From assembly GCA_041393395.1 (NCBI GenBank), contig JAWKKG010000003.1, forward strand, positions 640,713 to 704,712: 64,000 nt of DNA, written 5' to 3'. Numbering within the stretch: position 1 is the stretch's first letter; every line of letters begins with the position of its first letter. Source of the stretch: a bacterium (GTDB taxonomy: Bacteria; ARS69). The notes beneath the pieces were generated by a model. The model saw only the letters and a list, made by a program, of their open reading frames with translations, searched no databases and had not been told where the DNA came from. This document shows positions 1 through 10,003 of the stretch, one piece after another. The translations under genes and the position numbers were made by a program.

Positions 1-8
1 TCCAGCCG

Positions 9-2933
9 GTGACGTACGACGTTCCGTTCCTGCTCTCGCGCCTCGCGTTCGTGGCGGTGGGTCTGCTGGCCGCGTTCGCGGCCGAGGTCCACTTCGCGCG
101 GACGCTGCGCGGCGAGAAGGCCCCCCGCGAGCGCCGCGGCTTCCTTCGCGGCCGGCGGGTTCGGTCCGCCCCCGCCGCCACGGGTCTCGCGCCCTCGGCG
201 TTCGAGGGCAAGTCGCTCGCGTCGCTGTCCATGCAGAGCCGCCGTCCCGGTTTCCTGCGGACGGTCCGCGACGTGCTCTCGGTGGAGGCCCGGGCACTCG
301 CCACGTCACCCGGTCTGTACATCTTCGCGCCCCTGATCATCCTCGAGATCGTCAGCAACGACCTGTTCGAGACGGGGCCGTTCGAGGTGCCGATGCTCTC
401 GACGCCGGGCACGGCCGCCGTTTCGGCGCTCGGTCTGCTCACGACGATCCTGTGCTTCCTGCTGCTGTTCTACACGACGGAGTCCGTGCTGCGCGACTTC
501 CACCGGAACCTCGCGCCGATCTCCCACGCCACGCCGGCCCGCACGGGCGCGATCCTGCTCGGCAAGGCGCTCGCGAACGGGATCGTGGCGGCGGTGATCC
601 TTGCGGCGGCCGCGATCGGCAACGTCATCATCATGCTCGTGCAGGGGAAGATCGCCCCCGACCTGGGCCCGGTGCTGCTCGTTTGGGGCGGACTCGCCGT
701 CCCCACGGTCATCCTCTGGGCGACGTTCGTCACGTTCGTGGTGGCGCTCACCGGGAGCCGCTTCGCCACCTACGGGATCGGTCTCGGCGTGATGTTCTTC
801 ACCGCCTGGAAGAACTTCCGCGGGGAGATGAACTGGGTCGGGAACTGGAGTCTCTGGAGCACCGCGCGCTGGACGGACTTCGGCGGTCTCGCGCTGAACG
901 AGTCCGCGTTCCTCTGGAACCGACTGTTCTGGCTGTCCATCGCCGCCCTTCTGGTGGCGCTCGCCGTGAAGCGATTCCCGCGCCGCGAGTTCGACGACGC
1001 CCGCCAGCACGCGAGATGGACGCCGAAGCAGCTCGGCAAGAGCGCGCTCCGCCTGTCGCCGTTCCTGGTGCCGGCGCTCGTGCTCGGTGCGGGCCTGTAC
1101 GTGAAAACCACGCACGGATTTCAGGGAAGCGCCGCGGAACGTCGCGAGAAGGAGTACTGGGGACGGAATTACGCCACCTGGGCCGACGCCAGCACTCCGG
1201 AGATCGGTGGCGTCGACGTGTCGCTCACGCTGGACCCGGCGGAACGCGCGTTTGCGGTCGACGGGGAGTACGTGCTCGTGAATCTCTCGGACGAGCCGAT
1301 GCCGCGGTTCCCGATGTCCGTGGGCGATCACTTCCGCGACATCTCGTGGACGCTGAACGGGGAGGAAGCGAAGCCCGAGCACCGGGCGCGTCTGTACGTC
1401 TTCACGCCGGATACTCCGCTGATGCCGGGCGACAGCCTGCGCGTCGGCTTCGCGCACCACGGCGCGTACCCGGACGGCTTCACGAAGAACGGCGGCGGCA
1501 TGGGCACGTTCATCCTCGAGTCTGGAATCGTACTCACGTCGTTCGAAAGCGCGTTCCTGCCCCTCCCGTTCTTCGAGATCGGCCGCGGGATCGAGAAGGA
1601 CAACCGCATGGATCCCCGGGACTACCCGCCCGACTACTGGCACGGCATCACGAAGCCGGGCATCGGAAGCGGCGCCCGCTTCCCGGTCCGGCTCACGATC
1701 GACAGCCCGGCCGAGTACGAAGTTCACGGGGTGGGGGTGCGAACGTCCGACTCCACGGAGAACGGACGCCGCACGGTGGTGTGGGAGGCGGATCACCCCG
1801 TGAACTTCTTCAACGTCGTCGGATCCAAGCGCTGGGATTGCCGCCGGGGCGATGGCGTGGAGATCTGGCACCTGCCCGAGCACACCTACAATCTGGACGA
1901 GATGGTGACGGCGCTCGAGGGCGCGCGCCGCTGGTACTCGGAGTGGTTCTTCCCCTACCCCTGGCGGGACCTCCGCGTGAACGAGTTCCCGGGACTCGCT
2001 TCGTACGCGCAGGGCTTCCCCACGAACATCACGTTCTCCGAGGCGATCGGCTTCCTCACGCGCGACACCGATGAAGTGGACGCCGCGTTCCTCGTCACCG
2101 CGCACGAGGCCGCGCACCAGTGGTGGGGCAACATCATCCTCCCCGGGGAGGGCCCCGGCGGCAACGTGATCTCCGAAGGGGCGGCGCACTACTCCACGAT
2201 CCTCCTGCATCGTCAGGTCAAGGGGGAGAAGGCGCGACGGTCGTTCTGCGAGCGGATCGAGAAGCGCTACGGCGACGCCCGGCAGGTCGACTCGGAGCGA
2301 CCGCTCCCGCGCGTCGACGGCTCGAAGGGCGGGGACAACACCACGATGTACGACCGCGGCGGCTGGGTGATGTTCATGCTCCACGAGCTGATGGGCGAGG
2401 AGGCCGCGATCGCGGGCAATCACGACTTCATGCAGCGCTTCCACGCGAGCCGCGACTTCCCGGTGATCGACGACTGGGTCGCCGTGATGCGTGAGCACGC
2501 GCCCGACCCGGCCGCGTTCGACGACTTCGTGAGCCAGTGGGTGTACGACACCGTGGTGCCGGAGTTCCGCTGGCGGGAACCGGTCCGCGAACGGGACGGC
2601 GAGGGCTGGGTCGTGCGCGCCAAGCTCGAGAACCTCGGTACCGGGCACGTGACGGTGGACGTCGCGGTGACGGCCGGCGAGGAGTTCCCCGACGAGGGCG
2701 ATAGCTCGGACAGCGAGTCGGCCGCGCCGACCTGGCGGTGCGAGCGCCGGCGGGTGACGATCGGTCCGGGCGAGACGATCGACGTGGAGCTTCGATCCGC
2801 GTTCGAGCCGGAGAGGCTCGTCGCCGATCCCGACGTGATGGTGCTGCAGCTCAAGCGCGACCACGCCACGGCGGATCTCGGCAAGACGAGCGGCCAGGCC
2901 GAAACTTTGGCGACGTCTACCTCAGCAACGTGA
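9..2933 (+). CDS. M1-family zinc aminopeptidase (HEAAHQWWG...E gluzincin motif) fused to an N-terminal polytopic membrane region (~300 aa, ABC-2-permease-like); probably 5'-truncated at window edge (frame open to nt 3)
   Basis: 974-aa ORF; HEXXH-X18-E motif TAHEAAHQWWGN; hydrophobic N-terminal third; GTG at nt 9 with no upstream in-frame stop. Confidence 0.8.
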   Translation: MTYDVPFLLSRLAFVAVGLLAAFAAEVHFARTLRGEKAPRERRGFLRGRRVRSAPAATGLAPSAFEGKSLASLSMQSRRPGFLRTVRDVLSVEARALATSPGLYIFAPLIILEIVSNDLFETGPFEVPMLSTPGTAAVSALGLLTTILCFLLLFYTTESVLRDFHRNLAPISHATPARTGAILLGKALANGIVAAVILAAAAIGNVIIMLVQGKIAPDLGPVLLVWGGLAVPTVILWATFVTFVVALTGSRFATYGIGLGVMFFTAWKNFRGEMNWVGNWSLWSTARWTDFGGLALNESAFLWNRLFWLSIAALLVALAVKRFPRREFDDARQHARWTPKQLGKSALRLSPFLVPALVLGAGLYVKTTHGFQGSAAERREKEYWGRNYATWADASTPEIGGVDVSLTLDPAERAFAVDGEYVLVNLSDEPMPRFPMSVGDHFRDISWTLNGEEAKPEHRARLYVFTPDTPLMPGDSLRVGFAHHGAYPDGFTKNGGGMGTFILESGIVLTSFESAFLPLPFFEIGRGIEKDNRMDPRDYPPDYWHGITKPGIGSGARFPVRLTIDSPAEYEVHGVGVRTSDSTENGRRTVVWEADHPVNFFNVVGSKRWDCRRGDGVEIWHLPEHTYNLDEMVTALEGARRWYSEWFFPYPWRDLRVNEFPGLASYAQGFPTNITFSEAIGFLTRDTDEVDAAFLVTAHEAAHQWWGNIILPGEGPGGNVISEGAAHYSTILLHRQVKGEKARRSFCERIEKRYGDARQVDSERPLPRVDGSKGGDNTTMYDRGGWVMFMLHELMGEEAAIAGNHDFMQRFHASRDFPVIDDWVAVMREHAPDPAAFDDFVSQWVYDTVVPEFRWREPVRERDGEGWVVRAKLENLGTGHVTVDVAVTAGEEFPDEGDSSDSESAAPTWRCERRRVTIGPGETIDVELRSAFEPERLVADPDVMVLQLKRDHATADLGKTSGQAETLATSTSAT

Positions 2934-3975
2934 GCTTGCCGGAGTCCGTTCCGTCCTCGCCCTCCAGCAACCACAGGTACATGCCGCCGGCCGCCGGGCG
3001 GCCGAGCCAGTCCGTGCCGTCCCAGTAGACGTTGTGGATGCCGGAGGGGCGCGGCCCGTCCGTGAGCGTCCGCACGAGCGCGCCGCGGAAGTCCAGGATG
3101 CGGACGCGCGCGTTCTGCGCCCGCGGCAACGTGAACAGGATGCGCGTCTGTGACGTGAGCGGGTTCGGGATCGGCGGGAGGGCGCGCACGCGCGATTCGT
3201 CGAGCGTGCCTTCCGGCAGCGGGGCGAGGCCGCCCGCGTCGTCCGCAACGACCGCCTGCAGGACGGCGCCGTCCGAATCGCGTTGTGCGAACACGATCGC
3301 GCCGAGACGTCGCTCGTCCCACGCCGGATTCAGCGGGATCAGGTGTCGCACGAACTGGACCTGTCCGGGCACACCGGCCGTGAGCGTCTCGTCGGGCAGC
3401 ACCTGGCGGGCCACGCGCGGCCAGCTCGATTCGCCGCCCGGGCCGCAACACTCGATCACGCCGCCCTCGTAGATGACGGCCCGGATCTTCCACTGCGCGG
3501 GCACCGGGACGCTCTCGCCGTCCGGGATCTGCAGATCCACGTTCAGCGTGCCGGCGAGCGACTCGCCGTCGAAGTTGTACGACGCTTCCATGAGCAGCGG
3601 CGACCCCGAGCCGGCGATGGTCTCGGCCAGGGTGCGGTACGCGAACGAGACGTCGCCGCCGCCGGCCACGGACTCCGTGCCGCCGAAGATCGCGGTCGGA
3701 AGCGTCGGCGCTCCGTAGTACGCATGACGGGCGATCGCGTCCGCGTTCGCGAGCGGGCCCTCCGCGTGGTACTCCACCGTCACCACGGCGAGGGAGTCGT
3801 CGCTCTCGAGCGCGGTGAGTCCTGCCCGTGCGTCCACGCAATCCGGGCAGGCCACGGATCCGAACAGTTCCACGAGCGCGCCGCGCGCGACCGGCTCCGC
3901 CGCCACGGCGACCGGCACGAGCGCCACCGCAGGGGCGACGACGAGGAACGTCTGAAACGCGCGCAAACGCCACAT
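2917..3975 (-). CDS. secreted thioredoxin/DsbA-fold protein (ELFGSVACPDC CxxC) with C-terminal T9SS-type (FlgD-Ig-like) sorting domain
   Basis: Signal peptide MWRLRAFQTFLVVAPAVALVPVAVAAEP; CPDC motif in DsbA-like context; C-terminal tail RVRILDFRGALVRTL...IHNVYWDG...GMYLWLLEG typical of Por-secretion tails; start chosen at internal ATG within longer ORF. Confidence 0.6.
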   Translation of the reverse strand: MWRLRAFQTFLVVAPAVALVPVAVAAEPVARGALVELFGSVACPDCVDARAGLTALESDDSLAVVTVEYHAEGPLANADAIARHAYYGAPTLPTAIFGGTESVAGGGDVSFAYRTLAETIAGSGSPLLMEASYNFDGESLAGTLNVDLQIPDGESVPVPAQWKIRAVIYEGGVIECCGPGGESSWPRVARQVLPDETLTAGVPGQVQFVRHLIPLNPAWDERRLGAIVFAQRDSDGAVLQAVVADDAGGLAPLPEGTLDESRVRALPPIPNPLTSQTRILFTLPRAQNARVRILDFRGALVRTLTDGPRPSGIHNVYWDGTDWLGRPAAGGMYLWLLEGEDGTDSGKLTLLR

Positions 3976-4177
3976 GAGGTGATCCGTCGGGGGCAGGGAT
4001 CGGGAACCGGACCGAGGATACGACTTTTCGCGGCCACCTGTGACCGCGATCGTGAGTCGCGGTCCGTCGGCGGGTCGCGGAGCCGGTCGGGGCCGTCGAC
4101 TCCCCACGAGGAGGCTGGGAACGCCGTCGGACCTCGTGCTACGTTCGCCGCGCCCCCCCCACGTTCCGGAGGTCGTC

Positions 4178-4705
4178 ATGCGCGCTCGTGCATTCGTTTC
4201 GTTCCTGCTGGTCGTCGGTTGCGCGAGCGTGGTGTTCGCGGCTTCTTCCGGCGGTGGAGACTCCCGCGACAAGAAGTCGGCCGACGCTTCGTCCGGCGCC
4301 GACGACACCGCCGCGATCTACGACCGCGGCATGGAGCTCGTGAAGAAGGGTGACTACGAGGCTGCGCTCGAGCGCTTCCGCGCCGCGGCCAAGAAGGACA
4401 AGGGCAACGCCGAGTACGTGAACATGGTGGCGTACACGCTCCGCAAGACCGGCCGGCTGGACGAAGCGTTCGAGATGTACGCGAAGGCGTTGAAGATGAA
4501 GCCGGAGTTCCCACAGGCCCGCGAGTACCTCGGCGAGGCGCACCTGCAGGCGCTCCTCGAGCAGGTCGACCTTCTCCGGAGCTACGGTCCGTCCGGGCAG
4601 AAGGAGTACGACCAGCTCGTGGCTGCGCTGGCGGAAGCCGCCACGGCGCTCAGCTCCGACGTCGTGAGCGCCAAGACCAAGGTCCCGGACAAGAAGTCCT
4701 GGTAG
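4178..4705 (+). CDS. TPR-repeat lipoprotein/secreted protein
   Basis: GGAGG 5 nt upstream of ATG 4178; signal peptide + Cys (LLVVGCAS); TPR-like helices (YDRGMELVKKGDYEAALERFRAAAKKD). Confidence 0.65.
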   Translation: MRARAFVSFLLVVGCASVVFAASSGGGDSRDKKSADASSGADDTAAIYDRGMELVKKGDYEAALERFRAAAKKDKGNAEYVNMVAYTLRKTGRLDEAFEMYAKALKMKPEFPQAREYLGEAHLQALLEQVDLLRSYGPSGQKEYDQLVAALAEAATALSSDVVSAKTKVPDKKSW

Positions 4706-4707
4706 AC

Positions 4708-4890
4708 CTGCCCCTGGCCGAGTGGGCCTGCTCCGTGTGCGGCTCGCCGAACGAATCCCTGGTGGATCCGGCGCTCGGGGCCACGCAGAAGTTCACGGAG
4801 GACTGTGCCGTGTGCTGTCGACCGAACCTGCTGCGGGTCACGGTCGACGCGGACGGCGACGTGCTGGTCACGGCGGAGTTCGACGAATGA
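4708..4890 (+). CDS. CPXCG-motif cysteine-rich small protein (zinc-ribbon-like, C..C...C.VCC)
   Basis: Frame encodes ...WACSVCGSPNESLVDPALGATQKFTEDCAVCCRPNLLRVTVDADGDVLVTAEFDE*; matches CPXCG family pattern (CxxCG ... EDCxVCCRP); no ATG/GTG/TTG at expected start, start coordinate approximate. Confidence 0.45.
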   Translation: MPLAEWACSVCGSPNESLVDPALGATQKFTEDCAVCCRPNLLRVTVDADGDVLVTAEFDE

Positions 4891-4937
4891 CGAACGGGGG
4901 ACACGCGGGGACTTCCCGCGCGTCCCCCGGCTTCGCG

Positions 4938-6587
4938 CTAGCGTCCGAAGTCGATCGGTGACGACGTCACGCGTCGTTCCCCGAACGAGTCCAGCATGAC
5001 GTCGAACAGCGCTCCGGCCGCCGTCGGATCGACGAAGAACGGATGGAATCCGAGGACCACCGTGCTTCCGTGCCGCCCGGGCCCTGCGAGCTGGGCGATG
5101 GCGATGGGGCTGCCGGTGTCGTCCGCCGTGTAGACGACCTCGGCGGGCGCGAGCGGCGAGATCCCGCGATCGTAGTAGCCGAATCCCTGCACGGAGCTCC
5201 CGTTCGGGACCGTGCTCGGGTCGAACGGAAGATCCGGCCACCCCGGTCGCTGGCTTCGCGCCACGGCGAGCTGCAGTGTCGGCGAAGACACCGTGTTGCG
5301 GACGACCTGCTCGGTCGATCCCCAGGCGAGCTGTGTGGCGGCGAGATGGGGGATGTAGTCCGGGGAGTCGAGCGTCGCGGCGAAGTCGATCGGGTCGTTC
5401 AGTGCATAGTCCGCGCCGCAATCGGGGCGGGCGAGATACCGGAGGGCATCCGTCGGATTGACGCCGCAGATCACGAGGTTCCCGCCCGCTTGCCGCCAGC
5501 TCGCCAGGAGCGAGAGGTCGGGCGCGATCGTGGAGACTGTGTGGCGGAGCGTCGAGCTGTCGCCGTCGAATGCGCTCGCCCCGTGCACCCACACGATCGT
5601 CGACACGCGGGCCAGGACTTCGGCATCGAGCACGTCGCTCTGGCCCCGGGCCGGGAGCACCGTGAGGTCGCGATTCCCGAGCCATTCATTCGTCACGAGT
5701 TCGAGTTCTCTCGCGTCGTAGTCCGAGGAAACCGCGCCGTCGCTCTCGAGCGCGCCGGTCGTCGGTGTGTCGATCACGGCGAGCACACCGCGTCCCCGGG
5801 GCTCGAGTACGTTCAGCTCGATCCCCAGCACTCGCTCGAAGCCGGCGAGATCGTGGGTACGGACCCAGAACGTGACGGGACCCGCGTCCGGGATCCACGG
5901 CGCTTCGCCCTCCGGAGGGAAGACGCCGCCGCCCTCATCGGCCGGTGTCCAGTTCTCCGGTGATCCGATCGCCCACTCGGTCAAGACCGGGGGGCTCCCG
6001 CTCGATCCGGGAGATGCCTGCCAGGTGAAGCGCAGTCCGGTGCGGAAGATGTTCGCGGAGGTCGTGGCATCGGCCGAGGACCAGCACCCGCCCAGGTTGG
6101 ATTGAAGCGATACGAGGGGACCGGAGACGTTCGTCAGCACCCGGAAGATGCGGAAGTTGGTCGGCGCCATCAGTCCAGCGGCCGCACCGTCGCCATCGAC
6201 CGAACGAACGGCGAAGATCCAGAGGTCGCCATTCGAGCTCGTCTCCAGATCAGAGAACTCGATCCCGAGGTCGGTCGTCGCGGTCCAGCCCGGGCGATCC
6301 GTGAGCCAGGAGATGATCTCGGTGATGACGGCGATGTCGCTGCCTGTTTCCTTCAAGTAGTCGGCGGTCCGGGCGAGCGTCCATTCGTAGTGGTCGGCGG
6401 CGGGATCGGCCTGCCACTCGAACGGCACGTTCGGGGACCAGATCCCGAGGTGGTTCGGGCCCAGCGTGATCGTCGGCGACACGTTTCCGCCGCGCGAGTC
6501 GGGAGAAGTCGGTGCCTGCGGCGATTCGTGCCCACAGGAAGCGAGCGCGAGCCCCAGGACGATCGGGGCGAGAAGCGAGCGGGACAT
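4938..6587 (-). CDS. hypothetical lipoprotein (550 aa)
   Basis: GGAGG then ATG; signal peptide MSRSLLAPIVLGLALASC (lipobox); coding-like codon usage; upper part of 794-aa ORF judged read-through artefact. Confidence 0.6.
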   Translation of the reverse strand: MSRSLLAPIVLGLALASCGHESPQAPTSPDSRGGNVSPTITLGPNHLGIWSPNVPFEWQADPAADHYEWTLARTADYLKETGSDIAVITEIISWLTDRPGWTATTDLGIEFSDLETSSNGDLWIFAVRSVDGDGAAAGLMAPTNFRIFRVLTNVSGPLVSLQSNLGGCWSSADATTSANIFRTGLRFTWQASPGSSGSPPVLTEWAIGSPENWTPADEGGGVFPPEGEAPWIPDAGPVTFWVRTHDLAGFERVLGIELNVLEPRGRGVLAVIDTPTTGALESDGAVSSDYDARELELVTNEWLGNRDLTVLPARGQSDVLDAEVLARVSTIVWVHGASAFDGDSSTLRHTVSTIAPDLSLLASWRQAGGNLVICGVNPTDALRYLARPDCGADYALNDPIDFAATLDSPDYIPHLAATQLAWGSTEQVVRNTVSSPTLQLAVARSQRPGWPDLPFDPSTVPNGSSVQGFGYYDRGISPLAPAEVVYTADDTGSPIAIAQLAGPGRHGSTVVLGFHPFFVDPTAAGALFDVMLDSFGERRVTSSPIDFGR

Positions 6588-6721
6588 GGGGAACCTCCGT
6601 GCCGGCGCCTCGGGGGGAACGCCAGTTTCGTCGGGGAGCACGGGGGGACTTGATGAACTCTGGGCCCTGGGGTGGGAAACGTCAAATCCGGGGCCTGAGG
6701 GGCTTGCCCGGCGGGTGAGAC

Positions 6722-7360
6722 CTACGCGGGTCTCGATCCCGAGGACCGACGCCGCGGGCGTGGCCCGGGCCGAGAGACCCCATCGTGACGAAAACAATCC
6801 ACGACGTGGTCGTTGACCATCCCGACCGCCTGCATGAACGCGTAGCAGATCGTGGGACCCACGAACGTGAAGCCACGCTTCTTGAGCGCCTTGCTCATCG
6901 TGCGCGCTTCGTCCGTCTCCGCCGGAATCTCCTTGAGCGAGCGAGACCGGTTCCGGATCGGCTCGCCGCCGACGAACCGCCACAGCCAGTCCGAGAAGCT
7001 CCCGGTCTCGCGAACGATCTCGAGATAGGCCCGCGCGTTCTTGCGCGCGCCCTCCACCTTGAGGCGGTTGCGCACGATGTCCGGATTCTGCAGGAGGCGC
7101 TCGATCTTCGCGTCCGACCAGCGGGCGATCTTGGCCGGGTCGAAGTCGTCGTAGGCCTTCCGGTACCCCTCGCGCTTGCGAAGGATGGTGATCCAGGCGA
7201 GGCCGGCCTGGGCGCCCTCCAGGATCAGGAACTCGAACAGCCGGCGGTCGTCCCGGACCGGCACGCCCCACTCCTCGTCGTGGTAGGCGACGTAGAGCGG
7301 ATCCTCCCCGCACCAGGCGCAACGCTTCTTCGTGGTTTCTTTCGGGGGCTGCTTCGCCAC
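6722..7360 (-). CDS. tag: DNA-3-methyladenine glycosylase I
   Basis: Strong Tag-family similarity (CAWCGEDPLYVAYHDEEWGVP, zinc-binding C-terminal HVVDCFRH). Confidence 0.85.
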   Translation of the reverse strand: MAKQPPKETTKKRCAWCGEDPLYVAYHDEEWGVPVRDDRRLFEFLILEGAQAGLAWITILRKREGYRKAYDDFDPAKIARWSDAKIERLLQNPDIVRNRLKVEGARKNARAYLEIVRETGSFSDWLWRFVGGEPIRNRSRSLKEIPAETDEARTMSKALKKRGFTFVGPTICYAFMQAVGMVNDHVVDCFRHDGVSRPGPRPRRRSSGSRPA

Positions 7361-7474
7361 TGGACCCTCCCGATCGGCTCTCGTATACCTTGCGAGGCAG
7401 TCATTTGTCTAGTAGTCTCCGCCGGCCGGACCAGAAGGCGGGCGAGGCGGCCGGGCGGAGAGGCGGAGGCCAAG

Positions 7475-9994
7475 GTGGACGTCGAGCGGTTCCTGGAGCG
7501 CATCGAACGATCCCGCGACTACGGCGGGCAGATCGCGCACGTGGAAACCCTGCCCGAGCGCCCGGCGCGCTACGAGCCGCTGGCCGAGCCGTTCCCTCCC
7601 GCGATCCGGAAGGCGCTGCAGGGCCTCGAGATTTGCGATCTCTACTCGCACCAGGCGCGTTGTGTGGCGGAGGCGCGCGAGCGGCGGAACGTCGCGGTCG
7701 TCACCGGCACGGCGTCGGGCAAGACCCTCGCGTACACGCTCCCCGTGCTCGAGCGACTGCTCGCGAACCCGGAAGGCACCGCCCTCTTCCTCTATCCCAC
7801 GAAGGCGCTGGCCCAGGATCAGCTCCGCGGCCTGCTGCGCATCGCGGAACTCTCGGAGGAGATCGCGGGGCTGCTGCGCACCGGCACGTACGACGGCGAC
7901 ACGCCGTCCGTCGGTCGCCGCAAGCTGCGCGACGAAGGCAATCTGATCCTCTCGAACCCGGACATGCTGCATTCGGGCATCCTGCCGTACCACGCGAAGT
8001 GGTCGCGCTTCCTCTCGCGCCTCGAGTTCGTGGTGATCGACGAGATCCACGCGTACCGCGGGATCTTCGGCTCGAACGTCGCGAACGTGATCCGGCGGCT
8101 GCGTCGCGTGTGCCGTCACTACGGATCGGATCCGCAGTTCCTGCTCGGGTCGGCCACGATCGCGAACCCGCGCGACTTCTCCCGCTCGCTCGTCGGCGCC
8201 GACGTCTCGCTCGTGAACGACGACGGCTCGCCCCGCGGCCGCAAGAAGTTCGTGCTCTGGAACCCGCCGTTCCTGGACACCGCGAACATGGATCGTCGGA
8301 GCTCGAACGTGGAGGCGCACTGGCTCTACACCGAGCTCGTGAAGGATCGCGTCCAGACCATCTGCTTCTCGCGCGCCCGCGTCACGGCGGAGCTGATCCA
8401 CCGCTACACGCAGGAGATGCTCACGCGCAGCAAGCCGGAGCTCGCCGGTCTCGTGCGTGCGTACCGTGGCGGTTACCTGCCGCGCGAACGCCGCGAGATC
8501 GAGAAGGCGCTGTTCTCGGGCGAGCTGCTCGGCGTGAGCTCCACGAACGCGCTCGAGCTCGGCATCGACATCGGCAGTCTGGATGCCTCGATCATCACGG
8601 GCTTTCCGTCCACGATCGCATCCTTGTGGCAGCAGGCCGGCCGGGCGGGGCGGGGGAGCGAGGAGGCGGCGACGTTCTTCGTGGCCTACAACGATCCCAT
8701 CGACCAGTACCTCGTGCGCCATCCCGAGTACCTGTTCGCGCAGTCGCCCGAGAGCGCGGTGATCGATCCCGAGAATCCGTACATCCTCACCGGGCATCTG
8801 GAGTGCGCGGCGTTCGAGCTGCCGCTCGGCGCGGACGAGCCGGAGCTGTTCGGCGAGATCGCGAAGGACCTGATCCGGCTGCTGCGCGAGCATGGTCGGG
8901 TGCGCGAGGTGGACGGCCGCTCGTACTGGGCGAACACGGACTTCCCGTCGCGCCAGGTGAGCCTCCGTCACATGTCGGACGACACGTACACGATCATCGA
9001 AGTGCCGGCGGACACGGGGAAGGGAGACGCCTACCGTCCCCGCACCGGACCGGACTTCGCGCCGCCGGATCCGCAGGAGGCGAAGGTCATCGGCAACGTG
9101 GACGCGACGTCCGCGCTGGAGCTGCTCTATCCCGAGGCCGTGTACCTTCACGACGGCGAGACGTTCGTGGTACGGCACCTGGACCTGGAGGGGAAGGCCG
9201 CGTACGTCGAGCGGCGCGAGGTGGACTACTACACGAACCCCGTGCTGGAGCAGCACCTCGTGCTGCGCGAGGAGCGCGAGCGGGACACATTCGGCGGAGC
9301 CGACACCGGCTTCGGCGACGCGACCGTCACCTGGTTCACGGCGTTCTTCAAGAAGATCCAGTTCTTCTCCACGGACTCGATCGGCTACGGCAACCTCGAT
9401 CTGCCGCCGCAGAACATCGATACGACCACGGCCTGGATCACGATCCCGGCCGATCTCCGGGGCGCGCTCAAGCGTCTCGGCAAGAACCCGGTGGAGGGTC
9501 TCGCCGGTGTACGCAATCTGCTGATCAGCGTCGTGCCGCTGTACGCGATGTGCGATCGCGCGGACATCGGCGGCGTGGTGGACAGCAAGAACCTCGGCCA
9601 GCCCACGATCTTTCTCTACGATCGCTATCCGGGCGGCCTCGGCTTCGTGGAGCACTTCTACCGCAAGCCGCGCACGATCCTCGAGTCGGCGCGGGAGCTG
9701 GTGGAGGAATGCCCGTGCGATGGCGGTTGTCCGTCGTGCGTAGGGCTGCCCGTGCTGCGGCCGGCGCAGCACCAGGACCCGGACGTCGGCGGCGCGTGGC
9801 CGATCCCGGACAAGGACGCGGCGCGGATCATCCTCGAGGAGCTCGTCACACGCGCGGCGGAGATCGAGCGGCAGGCGGGCGGCGAGGGAACGGCGCGGAG
9901 AGTCGCGCCATCGCCCGTGCCGCGAGAACGCACGACCCCGTCGATCGCCTCCGGCCCTTCGTCCGGCGTCGCCGGCGACGATCTTCCGTTCTAG
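7475..9994 (+). CDS. mrfA: DEAD/DEAH-box helicase with C-terminal DUF1998 four-Cys domain (MrfA/YprA-like)
   Basis: GGAGG 5 nt before GTG 7475; Walker A GTASGKT, DEIH box, helicase C domain, C-terminal CPCDGGCPSC; upstream part of 1069-aa ORF is non-coding read-through. Confidence 0.8.
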   Translation: MDVERFLERIERSRDYGGQIAHVETLPERPARYEPLAEPFPPAIRKALQGLEICDLYSHQARCVAEARERRNVAVVTGTASGKTLAYTLPVLERLLANPEGTALFLYPTKALAQDQLRGLLRIAELSEEIAGLLRTGTYDGDTPSVGRRKLRDEGNLILSNPDMLHSGILPYHAKWSRFLSRLEFVVIDEIHAYRGIFGSNVANVIRRLRRVCRHYGSDPQFLLGSATIANPRDFSRSLVGADVSLVNDDGSPRGRKKFVLWNPPFLDTANMDRRSSNVEAHWLYTELVKDRVQTICFSRARVTAELIHRYTQEMLTRSKPELAGLVRAYRGGYLPRERREIEKALFSGELLGVSSTNALELGIDIGSLDASIITGFPSTIASLWQQAGRAGRGSEEAATFFVAYNDPIDQYLVRHPEYLFAQSPESAVIDPENPYILTGHLECAAFELPLGADEPELFGEIAKDLIRLLREHGRVREVDGRSYWANTDFPSRQVSLRHMSDDTYTIIEVPADTGKGDAYRPRTGPDFAPPDPQEAKVIGNVDATSALELLYPEAVYLHDGETFVVRHLDLEGKAAYVERREVDYYTNPVLEQHLVLREERERDTFGGADTGFGDATVTWFTAFFKKIQFFSTDSIGYGNLDLPPQNIDTTTAWITIPADLRGALKRLGKNPVEGLAGVRNLLISVVPLYAMCDRADIGGVVDSKNLGQPTIFLYDRYPGGLGFVEHFYRKPRTILESARELVEECPCDGGCPSCVGLPVLRPAQHQDPDVGGAWPIPDKDAARIILEELVTRAAEIERQAGGEGTARRVAPSPVPRERTTPSIASGPSSGVAGDDLPF

Positions 9995-10003
9995 GAGCGC
10001 GCC

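Noticed and set aside
306-2864. 852-aa ORF on minus strand opposite the M1 peptidase gene
   Set aside because: Arg/His/Asp-rich low-complexity translation typical of antisense frames in high-GC DNA; the sense strand has clear peptidase motifs
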